This document shows positions 62,887 to 64,000 of a DNA stretch of 64,000 nucleotides, piece after piece. A model generated the notes under the pieces. That model did not search any database. It saw only the letters and a list, made by a program, of their open reading frames with translations, and was not told where the DNA came from. Source of the DNA: Octopus vulgaris (taxonomy: Eukaryota); the NCBI GenBank assembly GCA_951406725.2, contig OX597841.1, positions 434,001-498,000 of the forward strand. The letters are read 5' to 3'. Each line of letters begins with the position of its first letter. Positions within the stretch are counted from its first letter, which is position 1. A program made the translations under genes and the position numbers.

Positions 62887-62949
<63 letters not shown>

Positions 62950-63160
62950 CTATGTATATATATTTATATATATATATATATATATATTTATATGTATATA
63001 TATATATATGTTTATATATATATGTATGTATGTATATATGTTTCGTATGCATGTATACACGTACGCATGTGCGCGCGCACAAACACACATTCAGACATAC
63101 ATGAGAAGTTATAACTCCGTCAATCTCTATCCATCTCCCTCTCTCTCTCTCTTTCTCTTC

Positions 63161-63236
<76 letters not shown>

Positions 63237-64000
63237 TTACATATATACACTCAATTTTCTAGTGTGTGTATTGAGTGTGGATATGACTTGAAACTTCACC
63301 TGTTGGAGGGAGACCAGATACAAAGTTTCCGGAGCTTTGATGAAATTCCAATCAACTTTCGGTGACTATTGATCCCATATCTACTGTAACTCGTAAAAGT
63401 AGCACGTGTTACGGTCCCAATTATAGGTTAATTTCCATCTTAGCAACAGGGGGGCGAAGGACACCCTAGTTCCAGTAGCAACTTCCTTCTAGGTTAATGT
63501 AAAATCATATAGAAAAAAAGAACTCTCAAGTTCTCTCTGTGTCTAGTTGTCTCCATCTCTGTTGTGCCACTGGTGTTATAGCTAAGGGTTCAATGCTGTG
63601 CCACACTTTAAACACCCAGAACAAATCAATGCACAGGGATTTCTGTCTTTTTCGGAACGTTTTCACACCATACGGAGATCAAGAAATGATCTTACTCGGT
63701 CTCCACTTGACTTCCAAAACGCATATATATAGATTATACTATAATATCTCTATCACTTTTTCCGATCCACGCAGTACAGATACATAAATAAACATGATAA
63801 CACAGAAGTAATATCAATCAACTGATCTAGCCACAGTCGCATAACTGGGATCTAAACCGTCTTCAAAGCAGAGGAGCAGCATTGAGTTTCCAACATAGCG
63901 GAATATAACGAAACAGAACTTACCTTTGTTACTGATTACACTAACAACTGTGTTTGAAAAAGTTAACCACTGTCCACTGTTGTCGGTACTGTCAACTGAT

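Overview
AT-rich, microsatellite- and SINE-dense eukaryotic DNA; the repeat families look cephalopod, most likely Octopus (inference). The window holds a head-to-tail tandem array, period ~20.4-21.8 kb, of three copies of a minus-strand gene with five coding exons. The ORF track misses this gene. Splicing by hand gives a ~282-286 aa secreted protein: signal peptide, a PAN/Apple-like module, and an uncharacterised Cys/Trp-containing C-terminal domain. Copies 1 (CDS 19222->5326) and 2 (40980->29894) are intact; copy 3 (61337->50283) carries a Y36* nonsense change. The copies are mosaic, and their exon differences are almost all amino-acid changing. Introns and spacers carry: a decayed near-full-length Dong/R4-type RLE retrotransposon and other elements stacked in a (TAA)n tract; several (TA)n-flanked short elements with type I hammerhead ribozyme motifs, including a 398-bp tandem retrozyme-like unit; an ORF1-only (RRM-like + CCHC) retroelement with a TSD; a Merlin-like MITE; two Helitron-like elements; mariner and LINE fragments; and many tRNA-derived SINEs.
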